Made by a program: the position numbers and the translations under genes | Part shown: piece after piece, positions 1 to 8,266 of the stretch | How the letters are laid out: every line of letters starts with the position of its first letter | Position numbering within the stretch: position 1 is the stretch's first letter | The notes under the pieces: model-generated | What the model saw: the letters and a program-made list of their open reading frames with translations, nothing else | Database searches by the model: none | What the model was told of the DNA's origin: nothing | From: Gemmatimonadales bacterium | GTDB taxonomy: Bacteria > Gemmatimonadota > Gemmatimonadetes > Gemmatimonadales > GWC2-71-9 | Reading direction: 5' to 3' | NCBI GenBank assembly: GCA_036396495.1 | Contig: DASWKS010000006.1 | Coordinates: 1 to 33,978 of the forward strand | DNA: 33,978 bases

Positions 1-771
1 ATCGCCCATCCGCTGGCGTAACGCCGGGGTGACCGCAATGGATGGCGCCTCCTCCACCAGCTTCTGGTGTCGGCGCTGGATGGAGCACTCACGTTCGCCC
101 AGATGCACGGTCCGCCCCTGGTCGGCCAGGACCTGGATCTCCACGTGACGGGGCCGCAGGATGTACTTCTCGAGGTACACCGAGGCGTCCCCGAAGGCCT
201 TGAGCGCCTCCGATCCGGCCGACTGCAGGGCGCCGGCTAACTGGTCTTCCCGTTCCACCAGGCGCATGCCACGCCCGCCACCGCCGGCCACCGCCTTCAC
301 CAGCACCGGATAGCCCAGCTGGCTCGCCAGCGCCCTGGCAAGACCGGCATCGGTGAGGGCCCCAGTACCACCCGGCACCACCGGCACGCCGGCCGCGACC
401 ATCCGCCGCCGGGCCTCGGTCTTGTCCCCCATGGCCCGGATGGCCGAGGCGGGCGGGCCGACAAAAACCAGTCCGGCCTGCTCCACCAGCTCGGCGAATT
501 CCGCCCGTTCCGCCAGAAAGCCGTAGCCGGGATGGATCGCCTGAGCGTCCGCGTCCCGGGCGGCATCCACCAGCCGGTCCATCCTCAGGTAGCTCTCGGG
601 TGCGGCCGCAGGACCGATTCGCATGGCCCGGTCGGCAGCCCGCACGAAGGGGCTGGAGCGATCGGCGTCGCTGTAGACCGCCACCGCCTCCAAGCCTTCT
701 TCGTGACAGGCCCGGATGATGCGCAGCGCGATCTCGCCGCGATTGGCGACCAGAACCCGGGTGATCGACAT
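1..771 (-). CDS. Biotin carboxylase (N-domain + ATP-grasp) of an acetyl/propionyl-CoA carboxylase alpha subunit; start codon in window, 3' end runs off the left edge
   Basis: Absent from the ORF track because there is no stop in the window. The reverse complement of 771..1 is one open frame of 257 codons. I translated it by hand: MSITRVLVANRGEIALRIIRACHEEGLEAVAVYSDADRSSPFVRAADRAMRIGPAAAPESYLRMDRLVDAARDADAQAIHPGYGFLAERAEFAELVEQAGLVFVGPPASAIRAMGDKTEARRRM...GYPVLVKAVAGGGGRGMRLVEREDQ...VYLEKYILRPRHVEIQVLADQGRTVHLGERECSIQRRHQKLVEEAPS. This is the canonical biotin-carboxylase signature. The ATG at 771-769 lies 1 nt after the stop (775-773) of the upstream carboxyltransferase gene. Confidence 0.9.
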   Translation of the reverse strand, partial: MSITRVLVANRGEIALRIIRACHEEGLEAVAVYSDADRSSPFVRAADRAMRIGPAAAPESYLRMDRLVDAARDADAQAIHPGYGFLAERAEFAELVEQAGLVFVGPPASAIRAMGDKTEARRRMVAAGVPVVPGGTGALTDAGLARALASQLGYPVLVKAVAGGGGRGMRLVEREDQLAGALQSAGSEALKAFGDASVYLEKYILRPRHVEIQVLADQGRTVHLGERECSIQRRHQKLVEEAPSIAVTPALRQRMGD

Positions 772-772
772 G

Positions 773-2326
773 CTACAGGGGAATGTTGCCGTGCTTCTTG
801 GGCGGGTTCCGGTCTCGTTTGGTTCGGAGCATCCGGAGCCCGTCGATCAGGCGAGGCCGGGTATCCCGCGGATCGATGACGTCATCGACATAGCCGCGTT
901 CCGCCGCCGCATAGGGGTGGGCGAAGGCCCGGGTGTACTCGTCGATCAGCGTCTGGGTCTCCGCTGCGGAATCCTGGGCTTGCGCGATCCGGTCGCGATA
1001 GAGGATTTCCACCGCGCCCTTGGGTCCCATCACCGCGATCTCCGCGGTGGGCCACGCCAGATTGAGATCGCCCCGGATGTGCTTCGAGCTCATGACGTCG
1101 TAGGCCCCCCCGTAGGCCTTGCGGGTAATGACGGTGAGCTTGGGAACCGTCGCCTCGCAATAGGCGTAGAGCAGCTTGGCGCCGTGGCGGATGATCCCGC
1201 CGTGCTCCTGGCCCACCCCGGGCAGAAAGCCGGGGACATCCACGAACGTGACCAGCGGGATGTTGAAGGCGTCGCAGAACCGGATGAAGCGAGCCGCCTT
1301 GACCGAGGCGTTGATGTCCAGCACCCCGGCCAGCACCGCCGGCTGATTGGCGATCACCCCTACCGACTGGCCGCCCAACCGCGCGAAGCCGGTCAGAATG
1401 TTCCCGGCGAAGCCGGCGTGCACTTCGACGAAGCGGCCGTGGTCCACCACTTGCGCCACCACGCGGTGCATGTCGTATGGTTGGGCCGGATGGGCGGGCA
1501 CCACATCCAGCAGGCCGTTGTCGCGCCGGTCCGGCGGATCATCGGTGGGGTGGAGCGGCGGATCCTCCAGGTTGTTCGGCGGAAGGAAATCCAGCAGGTC
1601 CCGCACCGCGGAAAGGCACTCCGGCTCCGAATCGAACACGGCGTGGGCGATGCCCGAGGTCTCGCCGTGCACATCCGCCCCACCCAGCTGGTCGAAGGTC
1701 ACCTCTTCGTGGGTGACCGTCTTCACCACGTTGGGCCCGGTCACGAACATGTACGACACGCCCCGCACCATGAACACGAAGTCGGTGATGGCGGGACTGT
1801 AGACCGCGCCGCCGGCGCAGGGACCCAGGATGACGGAGATCTGCGGCACTACGCCGGATGCGAGGGTGTTGCGCAGGAAGATATCGGCATAGCCTCCCAG
1901 CGAGGCGACGCCTTCCTGGATCCGGGCACCGCCCGAATCGTTGAGACCGATCACCGGCGCGCCGTTGCGCACCGCCAGGTCCATCACCTTGCAGATCTTC
2001 TGGGCGTGGGTCTCCGAAAGCGACCCGCCGAAGACCGTGAAATCCTGTGAGAACACGTACACCAGCCGGCCGCCGACCCGGCCGTAGCCGGTGACGACCC
2101 CGTCCCCCGGGAACTTGAGCTCCTCAAGACCGAACCCGGTGGCTCGGTGGGTGACGAACCGGTCCAGCTCGACAAGACTGCCCGGATCGAGCAGCAGATC
2201 GAGCCGCTCGCGCGCGGTCAGTTTGCCCTTCTTGTGTTGCTGGGTGATGCGGTCGGCGCCGCCGCCCTGCTCGGCCTGTGACTGGCGCTGATGGAGGTCC
2301 TGGAGCAGCTCGCGGGGATCGGGCAT
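773..2326 (-). CDS. pccB: Acyl-CoA carboxylase carboxyltransferase beta subunit (propionyl-CoA carboxylase beta / methylmalonyl-CoA carboxyltransferase family)
   Basis: 517-aa ORF with family blocks [78 protein letters not shown] and [13 protein letters not shown]. The biotin carboxylase gene follows immediately on the same strand. Confidence 0.93.
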   Translation of the reverse strand: MPDPRELLQDLHQRQSQAEQGGGADRITQQHKKGKLTARERLDLLLDPGSLVELDRFVTHRATGFGLEELKFPGDGVVTGYGRVGGRLVYVFSQDFTVFGGSLSETHAQKICKVMDLAVRNGAPVIGLNDSGGARIQEGVASLGGYADIFLRNTLASGVVPQISVILGPCAGGAVYSPAITDFVFMVRGVSYMFVTGPNVVKTVTHEEVTFDQLGGADVHGETSGIAHAVFDSEPECLSAVRDLLDFLPPNNLEDPPLHPTDDPPDRRDNGLLDVVPAHPAQPYDMHRVVAQVVDHGRFVEVHAGFAGNILTGFARLGGQSVGVIANQPAVLAGVLDINASVKAARFIRFCDAFNIPLVTFVDVPGFLPGVGQEHGGIIRHGAKLLYAYCEATVPKLTVITRKAYGGAYDVMSSKHIRGDLNLAWPTAEIAVMGPKGAVEILYRDRIAQAQDSAAETQTLIDEYTRAFAHPYAAAERGYVDDVIDPRDTRPRLIDGLRMLRTKRDRNPPKKHGNIPL

Positions 2327-2516
2327 GGCCGGGGAATATATCTCCTGCTCCGCCGGACCGGACCGCGCCCTGCCCTACCCAGGCGGTGAGCAGGGGTATG
2401 CCCTCCCGGGGTGTGCGGACCTTGCCGCTGCGGGACGTCCGGGACAAGGCGGGCACCGTCGGCCTGCCCGAGACCCAACCGTCATGCACCAACAGGCAGC
2501 ACCCAGGGAGGTTCGC

Positions 2517-3089
2517 ATGCGAAAGGCTGGACTGTCGTTGATCCTGGGCGCGCTCGCGGCAGCCTGCGAGCCCGCTTCATCCGATGACATGCTGATGACC
2601 GACGTGAGGTTCAGCAGTGCCAGGACCCCGACCGGCGCGGCGAGCTTCGTCGCCCCGGCGTCGGGCGGCGAGGAGGTTCCGGCGCGCGACACGAGGGGTC
2701 ACGGGACCGCTGTCTTCCACCTCAACTCGGACGGCACTGAATTGGAGTATCGGTTGATCGCGTCCAACATCGAGAACGTGGTCCAGGCCCACATTCATCT
2801 CGAAGCGCCGGGCGTGAACGGCCCGATCGTGGTGTTCCTCTATGGCCTGGTGGCCCCGGGTGGCGGCCGGACCGACGGAATCCTGGCCGAGGGGACCATC
2901 ACCGTGGCCGATCTGACCGGTCCGCTCACCGGGGAACCGTTCTCGGCCCTGCTCGACGCCATCCGAGCCGGAAACGCTTACGTGAACATCCACACCAACG
3001 ACGGGATCGATCCCCCGAACACCGGCCCGGGCGACTTCCCCGGTGGAGAAGTCCGGGGCCAGATCAAAGGCGGACACGTCGATCACTAA
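2517..3089 (+). CDS. CHRD-domain lipoprotein
   Basis: I chose the internal ATG at 2517, preceded by AGGGAGG at 2504-2510, over the long ORF start at 2325. The N-terminus MRKAGLSLILGALAAAC resembles a lipoprotein signal with a lipobox Cys. The body has CHRD-type blocks (AHIHLEAPGVNGPIVVFLY ... AYVNIHTNDG...GGEVRGQI). Confidence 0.75.
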   Translation: MRKAGLSLILGALAAACEPASSDDMLMTDVRFSSARTPTGAASFVAPASGGEEVPARDTRGHGTAVFHLNSDGTELEYRLIASNIENVVQAHIHLEAPGVNGPIVVFLYGLVAPGGGRTDGILAEGTITVADLTGPLTGEPFSALLDAIRAGNAYVNIHTNDGIDPPNTGPGDFPGGEVRGQIKGGHVDH

Positions 3090-3727
3090 CTTACCAAGTA
3101 CTGAGTACTGGTATTCAGGATGAGTCCAGTGCCGTGGCGGCGGAGCGTCAAGCACTCGAGACCGGGAATACAGCCATGGGCTGCCCTCAGCGCCGAGCCC
3201 GGGTGGGTGGTGAGCACCGCAATCACGGTCATTCCCGCGGCGCGCGCGGCGGCGACCCCGGCGGGAGAGTCCTCCACCACCAGGCAGTCGGCTGGAGACA
3301 GCTCGAGCCGGGAGGCCGCGAGAAGGTAGGGCTCCGGGGCAGGCTTGCCCTGCCGCACATCCTCGCCGGTCACGAACACATCCGGGAGCGGCAGGCCTGA
3401 GGTCCGCAGCCGAAGCGACGCCACGGCCCGGCTCCCGGAAGTGACCACGGCCCAGTAGCGCCGGGGCAAGGCCGACAGTAGCGATGCGGCGCCCGGGGTG
3501 GGACCCAGTCCCTCGATCTCGATCGCTTCCATGGCGTCCAGCGCGGCCACCTCGGCCTGGATGTCCAGCTCCGGTGCGACCGATCGGAGGGTCTCGGAAG
3601 TTCGGCGCCCGTGTGCTTGCCGGATGAACCGCTCGGCATCGAGCTGGCGCGCGGCCGCCCATTTCCGCCAGATACGATCGATGCAGGGCCTCGAATCGAC
3701 TAGTACGCCGTCCAGGTCGAACAGCAC
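3086..3727 (-). CDS. HAD-superfamily (subfamily IA) hydrolase/phosphatase
   Basis: 213 aa. Motif I is MLFDLDGVLVDS. The later motifs VVTSGSR, GKPAPEPYL and VVEDSPAGVAAARAAGM are typical of beta-phosphoglucomutase-like HAD phosphatases. The stop overlaps the convergent CHRD gene stop by 3 bp. Confidence 0.85.
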   Translation of the reverse strand: MLFDLDGVLVDSRPCIDRIWRKWAAARQLDAERFIRQAHGRRTSETLRSVAPELDIQAEVAALDAMEAIEIEGLGPTPGAASLLSALPRRYWAVVTSGSRAVASLRLRTSGLPLPDVFVTGEDVRQGKPAPEPYLLAASRLELSPADCLVVEDSPAGVAAARAAGMTVIAVLTTHPGSALRAAHGCIPGLECLTLRRHGTGLILNTSTQYLVS

Positions 3728-3771
3728 TGCCCCGCAATGAAAGCCCGACAGGGTGCCACCCGGTTCGGGGC

Positions 3772-4260
3772 TCAGTCGAACTCCACTCGGGCCCTGTTCT
3801 GCTCCGGTCCCATCCGTCCCGCCACGATGTCCGCCTTGAAGTAGTTCTCCCCTCGCACCGGCCGGCCGGCCCGGCGGCGCAAGAGCGCCAGCTGGCCCAC
3901 ATGAGTGAGCGCGTCGGCGATGGGGCCCTGAAACAATTGCTCGGGACTCGAGCCCAGCGGCTGTTCGGAAGCAAGATACCCATCGACTTCAGCCAGGGTC
4001 CGGTGGAAGCGCTGCACCTCGGAATCCCAGGATCCGGGTACCGAGTCGTTCCACACGTGCCGGCCTTCACAGAGCTGGCGCATCCAGTCGAGCAGGTCGT
4101 TGATGTGGGCCAGGATTCGGAGCGGAGGCCGGGTCCCTTCTCCCGGCTGATACGAGGGGAAGCTGTCCCCCACCTCCCGCAGCACCTTGCCTCCCCGGTA
4201 CGCCAGGGTTGCGAGCGTGTGGCGCAGCAGCGCCCGGACCGGGTCGGGAGGAGCGCTCAC
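3772..4260 (-). CDS. DinB-like (DinB_2-type four-helix bundle) protein
   Basis: Only the C-terminal 163 codons of the 416-aa track ORF look coding (VSAPPDPVRALLRHTLATLAYRGG...HINDLLDWMRQL...ALTHVGQLALLRRRAG). The upstream part overlaps the 4257-4769 gene in another frame. The GTG at 4260-4258 overlaps the TGA (4259-4257) of the upstream gene as a GTGA junction, implying translational coupling. Confidence 0.62.
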   Translation of the reverse strand: MSAPPDPVRALLRHTLATLAYRGGKVLREVGDSFPSYQPGEGTRPPLRILAHINDLLDWMRQLCEGRHVWNDSVPGSWDSEVQRFHRTLAEVDGYLASEQPLGSSPEQLFQGPIADALTHVGQLALLRRRAGRPVRGENYFKADIVAGRMGPEQNRARVEFD

Positions 4261-4769
4261 AGGTATCGGGCGACGGCCATCAAAGCGGTGGTGACCATCA
4301 GGAGCAGGGCGATGACCCGGGCCGCGAGCACGCCGCGGCGCCGCAGTCCCTGCAGCACGACCATCTGAGCCGCCCGGTCGGGGCCCTCGGACATCTTCAT
4401 CACGGATGCCGCCAGAGCCATCGCTTTGAGATTCGCCGGTCGCATGACCGTGAGGCCCGCGATGAGAGCGAGTACGGCCGCGAGCCCCCCCACGCCTAAC
4501 GCCATCCCGACCCGCGACCTGGCCCAGGCGGGATCGCCGTTCGCCATCCGGAAGTAGAGCCAGAAACCGCTGCCGATGGTGATCAGGGCGACGAGGGGGA
4601 GCACCTCGAGGATTCGGCGCCGTTGCAGTGCCGCCATCACCTTGCCTCCGTCGGGCCCCGCATCGGCCACGGCCGGCATCAGGAAGAAGGTGCTGAACAT
4701 CACGGCGCCGGCCCAGAACACGCCGAACCCGACATGCAGCAGGCGGAGGGTGAGAACGAGCGGATCCAC
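4257..4769 (-). CDS. Integral membrane protein of unknown function (about 4 TM helices)
   Basis: 170 aa with four long hydrophobic stretches (LRLLHVGFGVFWAGAVMFSTFFLMPAV; VLPLVALITIGSGFWLYF; GMALGVGGLAAVLALIAGLTV; VIALLLMVTTALMAVA). It is coupled to the DinB-like gene downstream. Confidence 0.6.
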   Translation of the reverse strand: MDPLVLTLRLLHVGFGVFWAGAVMFSTFFLMPAVADAGPDGGKVMAALQRRRILEVLPLVALITIGSGFWLYFRMANGDPAWARSRVGMALGVGGLAAVLALIAGLTVMRPANLKAMALAASVMKMSEGPDRAAQMVVLQGLRRRGVLAARVIALLLMVTTALMAVARYL

Positions 4770-4834
4770 AGTCGCTCCGAGGGGTAGAGGCGGCCGGTCT
4801 GGCTAGCGACGACGGTGAGCGGTCTGCAGCAGTC

Positions 4835-5941
4835 TTAAGGCTGGGCACCGAGGCGCTGGAGGGTCCGGAGATGGGAGCGGACCGCCCCGATGAAGGTGGA
4901 GTGGGAGTGATAGGGCAAACCATGCTCAGCGGCCAGCCGCCGGACGATCGGGCTGATCGCGGGATAATGGATGCTGCAGATCCGGGGGAAGAGGTGGTGC
5001 TCGACCTGGTAGTTGAGCCCACCCACGTACCAGCGCAGCAGCCGGCTCTCGGGACCGAAGTTCGCCGTCGTTTCCATCTCGTGGACGCCCCAGTTGTCGG
5101 GCATGGCTCCGGCCTGATCCGGCTCGGGATGGGCCGTCTCCTCGATGACGTGCGCCAGTTGGAAGACGATGCCGAGGGCGAAGCCGGCGACCAGGTGCGC
5201 GGCCAGCATCCCGAGCAGGATCTGCCACCAGGGGAGGTCGATCACCAGCAGCGGAATCACCACCGACCAGCCGTAATAGACCACCTTGCCGGCCACCAGT
5301 TCCGCCACATCTCCGGGCGCATGGCGCCGGTCGGCGTACGGACCCAGATCCCGCTTCAGCAGGTATTTGTAATCTTTCACAAACACCCAGAACAACGTCG
5401 TCATGGCGTAGAGGACCAGGGCGTAGAGGTGCTGGTAGCGGTGGTACCAGCGGCGCTCAGCGTGAGGCGACAGCCGCAGCAAAGGGGAGACCGCAAGGTC
5501 CTCGTCGGTCCCGTGGATATTCGTATATGTGTGGTGAATGATGTTGTGGGTGATTTTCCAAAGGTAACCGCTGCCGCCGATCAGGTCCATCGTGAAACCG
5601 AGCGCCCGGTTCACCAGGGGCTTGTCGGAATACGCGCCATGCAGCGCGTCGTGCGCCACCGAGAACCCGATGCCGGCCATGCCCAACCCCACCAGCAGGG
5701 CAAAAACCAGCATTGCGGCGGGAGTGAATTGTCCACTGAGGATGAGACCGTAGGGAACGAAGGTCAGGGCGAGCATCGTGACGGTCTTGGCCACCATGGT
5801 GGCGTTCGCCTTGGTCGACAGCCCCCGCTCCCTGAAATACCCGTCGACCTCGACGCGAACCTCCCGAAGGAATCGGGCGCCGTCCCGGACCGGAAAGGTC
5901 GGAACGATAGGAGCAGCCACCCGGGGCACGGTCAGGGTCAT
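4835..5941 (-). CDS. Membrane fatty-acid desaturase (COG3239-type, three His boxes, third box QxxHH)
   Basis: 368 aa. His boxes are HDALH, HNIIHHTYTN and QVEHHLFP, with hydrophobic segments at the N-terminus and in the middle. No cytochrome b5 domain is fused. Confidence 0.88.
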   Translation of the reverse strand: MTLTVPRVAAPIVPTFPVRDGARFLREVRVEVDGYFRERGLSTKANATMVAKTVTMLALTFVPYGLILSGQFTPAAMLVFALLVGLGMAGIGFSVAHDALHGAYSDKPLVNRALGFTMDLIGGSGYLWKITHNIIHHTYTNIHGTDEDLAVSPLLRLSPHAERRWYHRYQHLYALVLYAMTTLFWVFVKDYKYLLKRDLGPYADRRHAPGDVAELVAGKVVYYGWSVVIPLLVIDLPWWQILLGMLAAHLVAGFALGIVFQLAHVIEETAHPEPDQAGAMPDNWGVHEMETTANFGPESRLLRWYVGGLNYQVEHHLFPRICSIHYPAISPIVRRLAAEHGLPYHSHSTFIGAVRSHLRTLQRLGAQP

Positions 5942-5948
5942 GACGGCC

Positions 5949-6230
5949 TCACAGTCCTTGGGCTCGAACCCACTCCAGTAGCCCCTGGTCCACTTCGGTC
6001 ACTGGCTGTCCCAGCAGATAGGGCATGACCGGATGGCGCTTTCCCGAACTCATCAAATACCACATGGGCGCGACCGCAGCTTCTCCGCGGGGAAGGTTCG
6101 CCGGCTTACCTTCATACGAAACGAAGTGGAATTCGCGGCCGTGGTGAATCAGGCGGCGCTGTTCCACCTTGTGCGTGCTCATGGTTTCTCGCAGTGCTGG
6201 CCCAATGACCACCGAACCGAGCTGTGACAT
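5949..6230 (-). CDS. Small hypothetical protein upstream of the desaturase (start uncertain: 6230 or 6182)
   Basis: 93-aa ORF ending 8 nt before the desaturase ATG, on the same strand. I recognise no family. The palindrome ATCCGGTGCCGGAT (6231-6244) abuts the first ATG, which makes the internal ATG at 6182 a plausible alternative. Confidence 0.4.
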   Translation of the reverse strand: MSQLGSVVIGPALRETMSTHKVEQRRLIHHGREFHFVSYEGKPANLPRGEAAVAPMWYLMSSGKRHPVMPYLLGQPVTEVDQGLLEWVRAQGL

Positions 6231-6294
6231 ATCCGGTGCCGGATGTGGAAGACCTGCCCCGGAAATCTAACCCAACCTCGCGTTTTCTCACAGG

Positions 6295-7038
6295 TTACCG
6301 GCGCGGGAGCCGGTCAGGCGTCCAGATGGCCACCTCCAGCCTCCGGGCAAACAGCACCTGAGGTGGAGGCCCGTCGACGGAGATGCCGTGCACCTGGAGC
6401 AGGTCGGACCGCGCGATGTACACCCGGGCCGGCTGCAGCGGCCAGGGCTCATGATGGACCTCGGCCCGGTAGAGCCGCCCGGAGCCTGAGCGGGCGTAGA
6501 GGCAGTACCGCTCCGTCAACCAATGCTGCAGCGTGCCCGGGCGGGCCAGCTCGATCGGCCCGATCGGTTGATAGTCGGCCTCGAAGCGCTCGCCGGTAGG
6601 CCGTTCCGATCGATAGTGGATTCGATCGCCGGTCCGGCTCACCCGCATGCGGGCGTCCATGTATGGCAGGTGATAGAGGAGTCGCGCCGCCCGCACCGCG
6701 AGCCAATTGGCGGCATCCAGACTGAAGAACCAGACCCCCGGCCGATCCTGCAGCGTCACGTAGGTCCGTACGTTGAGCTCGGGGAAGGTGGAGAGGCCCG
6801 GCAGCGCGGGAACTCCCCGCAGCGTCACGCCGGACATCCAGAATGGGATGACCCCGACCCACGCACTGCTCTGATACTCCTGCACCACCAGTGGCTCCGG
6901 CACCAGGTGCCGGAGCACCGTCACCGGCACCGGCCAATGGAGGAACGCCAGGTCGTGCCAGATCTGGCGGCCGCTCCAGGGTCGCGGGGGCACCGGCCAG
7001 GGCCGGTGGGCGGTATGGTCGAGCGAGGGGTGCGTCAC
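6295..7038 (-). CDS. DUF2071 (YqjF-like) family protein
   Basis: 247 aa. The N-terminal block WSGRQIWHDLAFLHWPVP plus PELNVRTYV and GVWFFSLDA are as I remember them for DUF2071. Confidence 0.72.
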   Translation of the reverse strand: MTHPSLDHTAHRPWPVPPRPWSGRQIWHDLAFLHWPVPVTVLRHLVPEPLVVQEYQSSAWVGVIPFWMSGVTLRGVPALPGLSTFPELNVRTYVTLQDRPGVWFFSLDAANWLAVRAARLLYHLPYMDARMRVSRTGDRIHYRSERPTGERFEADYQPIGPIELARPGTLQHWLTERYCLYARSGSGRLYRAEVHHEPWPLQPARVYIARSDLLQVHGISVDGPPPQVLFARRLEVAIWTPDRLPRR

Positions 7039-7120
7039 GTTCCGGGTTCCGGTCTGAAGGTCCGGTCCCGGCCCCGATTGCGAAACCCCCGACGGCTTGC
7101 CGTCGGCCTCCGCTCGGGAT

Positions 7121-7140
7121 ACTGTTCATGCGTGAACAAA
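7121..7140. promoter_or_regulatory. Inverted repeat TGTTCA-N4-TGAACA in the DUF2071/MarR divergent intergenic region (candidate MarR operator)
   Basis: The sequence ACTGTTCATGCGTGAACAAA read directly has 6-bp perfect arms and a 4-bp spacer. It lies between two divergent genes, one of which is a MarR regulator. Confidence 0.3.
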
Positions 7141-7179
7141 GTCCGTCGCCCCGCCCGTCAGCCGGTCCGGCCGGCCGTG

Positions 7180-7569
7180 ATGTTCGAGCTGCTCCATGCC
7201 GCTCGACAGCTGGAGGAGCAGCTGGAGTCGGCCCTGGCCACCGCCGATCTCTCGATGGCGAAATACCGGGTCCTGGCTCAGCTGGCGGCATACGGCAAAC
7301 CGATGTCGCTCGGCCAACTCGCCGCCCGCCACAAGTGCGTGCGATCCAACATGACCCAGCTGGTCGACCGGCTGGAGAGCGACGGTCTGGTGCGCCGGGT
7401 GGGCGATCCGGAGGACCGGCGGAGTGTCCGGGCCGAGTTGACGCCGCTGGGACGCACCCGCCAGGTGGCCGGGGCGGGCGCGGTGGAACGGGTTCAGGTG
7501 GAGTTCTCGGCCGCGCTACCGGCCCGGGATCGTCTGGCCCTGGAGCGCGCCCTGGCCGCGCTCCGTTAG
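7180..7569 (+). CDS. MarR-family transcriptional regulator (alternative in-frame GTG start at 7132)
   Basis: It forms the C-terminal part of track ORF 6523-7569. MFELLHAARQLEEQLESALATADLSMAKYRVLAQLAAYGKPMSLGQLAARHKCVRSNMTQLVDRLESDGLVRRVGDPEDRRSV is a typical MarR winged helix. The region upstream of 7132 overlaps the DUF2071 gene on the other strand and is GC-shadow. Confidence 0.85.
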   Translation: MFELLHAARQLEEQLESALATADLSMAKYRVLAQLAAYGKPMSLGQLAARHKCVRSNMTQLVDRLESDGLVRRVGDPEDRRSVRAELTPLGRTRQVAGAGAVERVQVEFSAALPARDRLALERALAALR

Positions 7570-7576
7570 TGTTGTT

Positions 7577-7604
7577 TTGGCAATATAGTTCAGGTATGTA
7601 TTAT
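7577..7604 (+). promoter_or_regulatory. Near-consensus sigma70-like promoter (TTGGCA-N16-TATTAT) in an AT-rich island
   Basis: Read directly: TTGGCA at 7577-7582, a 16-nt spacer, TATTAT at 7599-7604. It sits in about 60 bp of conspicuously AT-rich sequence just after the MarR stop. A 5-bp inverted repeat GTATG-N9-CATAC overlaps the -10 element. Confidence 0.35.
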
Positions 7605-7798
7605 TCTCATACGTACCAGGTCTATGTGAGCCAGTGGCGCACATCCTCCATACAGGAAAGGATCACCCCTATGGTCGGGGGAACTCCGCGGCGGGTGCCA
7701 ATTCATGGGCGGCGCGCTGCTGATCGGATACTTCGGCGGCCGGCCCCTTCAGTCTGGATGCGCGCCGGGGAGTCGCGGCTTGACGCCCCGCCGAGTTA

Positions 7799-7855
7799 GT
7801 GCTAGTGTATCAGCATTGTGCTAGTACATCAGCATAGTGCGGGTACACCAGCACC
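7799..7855. promoter_or_regulatory. Three tandem 19-bp repeats, each carrying a TGCT-N8-AGCA dyad; candidate BlaI-family operator array overlapping a promoter
   Basis: GTGCTAGTGTATCAGCATT / GTGCTAGTACATCAGCATA / GTGCGGGTACACCAGCACC at 7799-7817, 7818-7836 and 7837-7855, ending 18 nt before the repressor ATG. TTGACG (7780-7785) followed by 17 nt and TAGTGT (7803-7808) gives a promoter-like pair whose -10 element lies inside repeat 1. Confidence 0.55.
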
Positions 7856-7873
7856 AGCCGGGCGAGGGTCCTG

Positions 7874-8266
7874 ATGGCGAATCCGTACGATGAGCTGGGC
7901 CGCCGCGAGCGGCAGATCATGGATGTGCTGTTTCGCCAGGGGCGCGCTACCGCCGCCGAAGTGCTGGCCGCGCTGGCCGACCCCCCCAGTTATTCCTCGG
8001 TCCGCAGCATGCTCCGGCTGCTGGAGGAGAAGGGTTACGCGGAGCATGAGTGGGACGGGCCCCGCCACGTCTACCGCCCCACCGCCAGCCCGGCGCAACT
8101 GCAACGTTCCGCGGCGCGTCATATGCTCAGGACGTTCTTCGACAACTCCATGGAATCGGCGGTCTCGGCCATGCTGGGCGCCGCCGAGCGGCCGCCCACG
8201 GCGGACGAGTTGGAACGTCTGTCCCAGCTGATCGAACGGGCCAGGCGAAAAGGGGGCCGCTCATGA
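7874..8266 (+). CDS. BlaI/MecI/CopY-family transcriptional repressor
   Basis: 130 aa. RERQIMDVLFRQGRATAAEVLAALADPPSYSSVRSMLRLLEEKGYAEHEWDGPRHVYRP is the penicillinase-repressor winged helix. The stop TGA (8264-8266) overlaps the ATG (8263-8265) of the downstream M56 gene. Confidence 0.9.
   Translation: MANPYDELGRRERQIMDVLFRQGRATAAEVLAALADPPSYSSVRSMLRLLEEKGYAEHEWDGPRHVYRPTASPAQLQRSAARHMLRTFFDNSMESAVSAMLGAAERPPTADELERLSQLIERARRKGGRS

Noticed and set aside
716-2050. Long antisense or alternative-frame ORFs opposite well-supported genes. Examples are 716-2050 (+), 2577-4070 (-), 4871-6028 (+), 6449-7291 (-), 6523-7179 (+) part, 8785-9969 (-), 29347-30570 (-), 30670-31743 (-) and 31771-32697 (-).
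   Set aside because: Their translations are Arg/Pro/Gly/Ala-rich with no family resemblance. Each lies opposite, or out of frame with, a gene carrying strong family signatures. This is the expected shadow-ORF behaviour of high-GC DNA.
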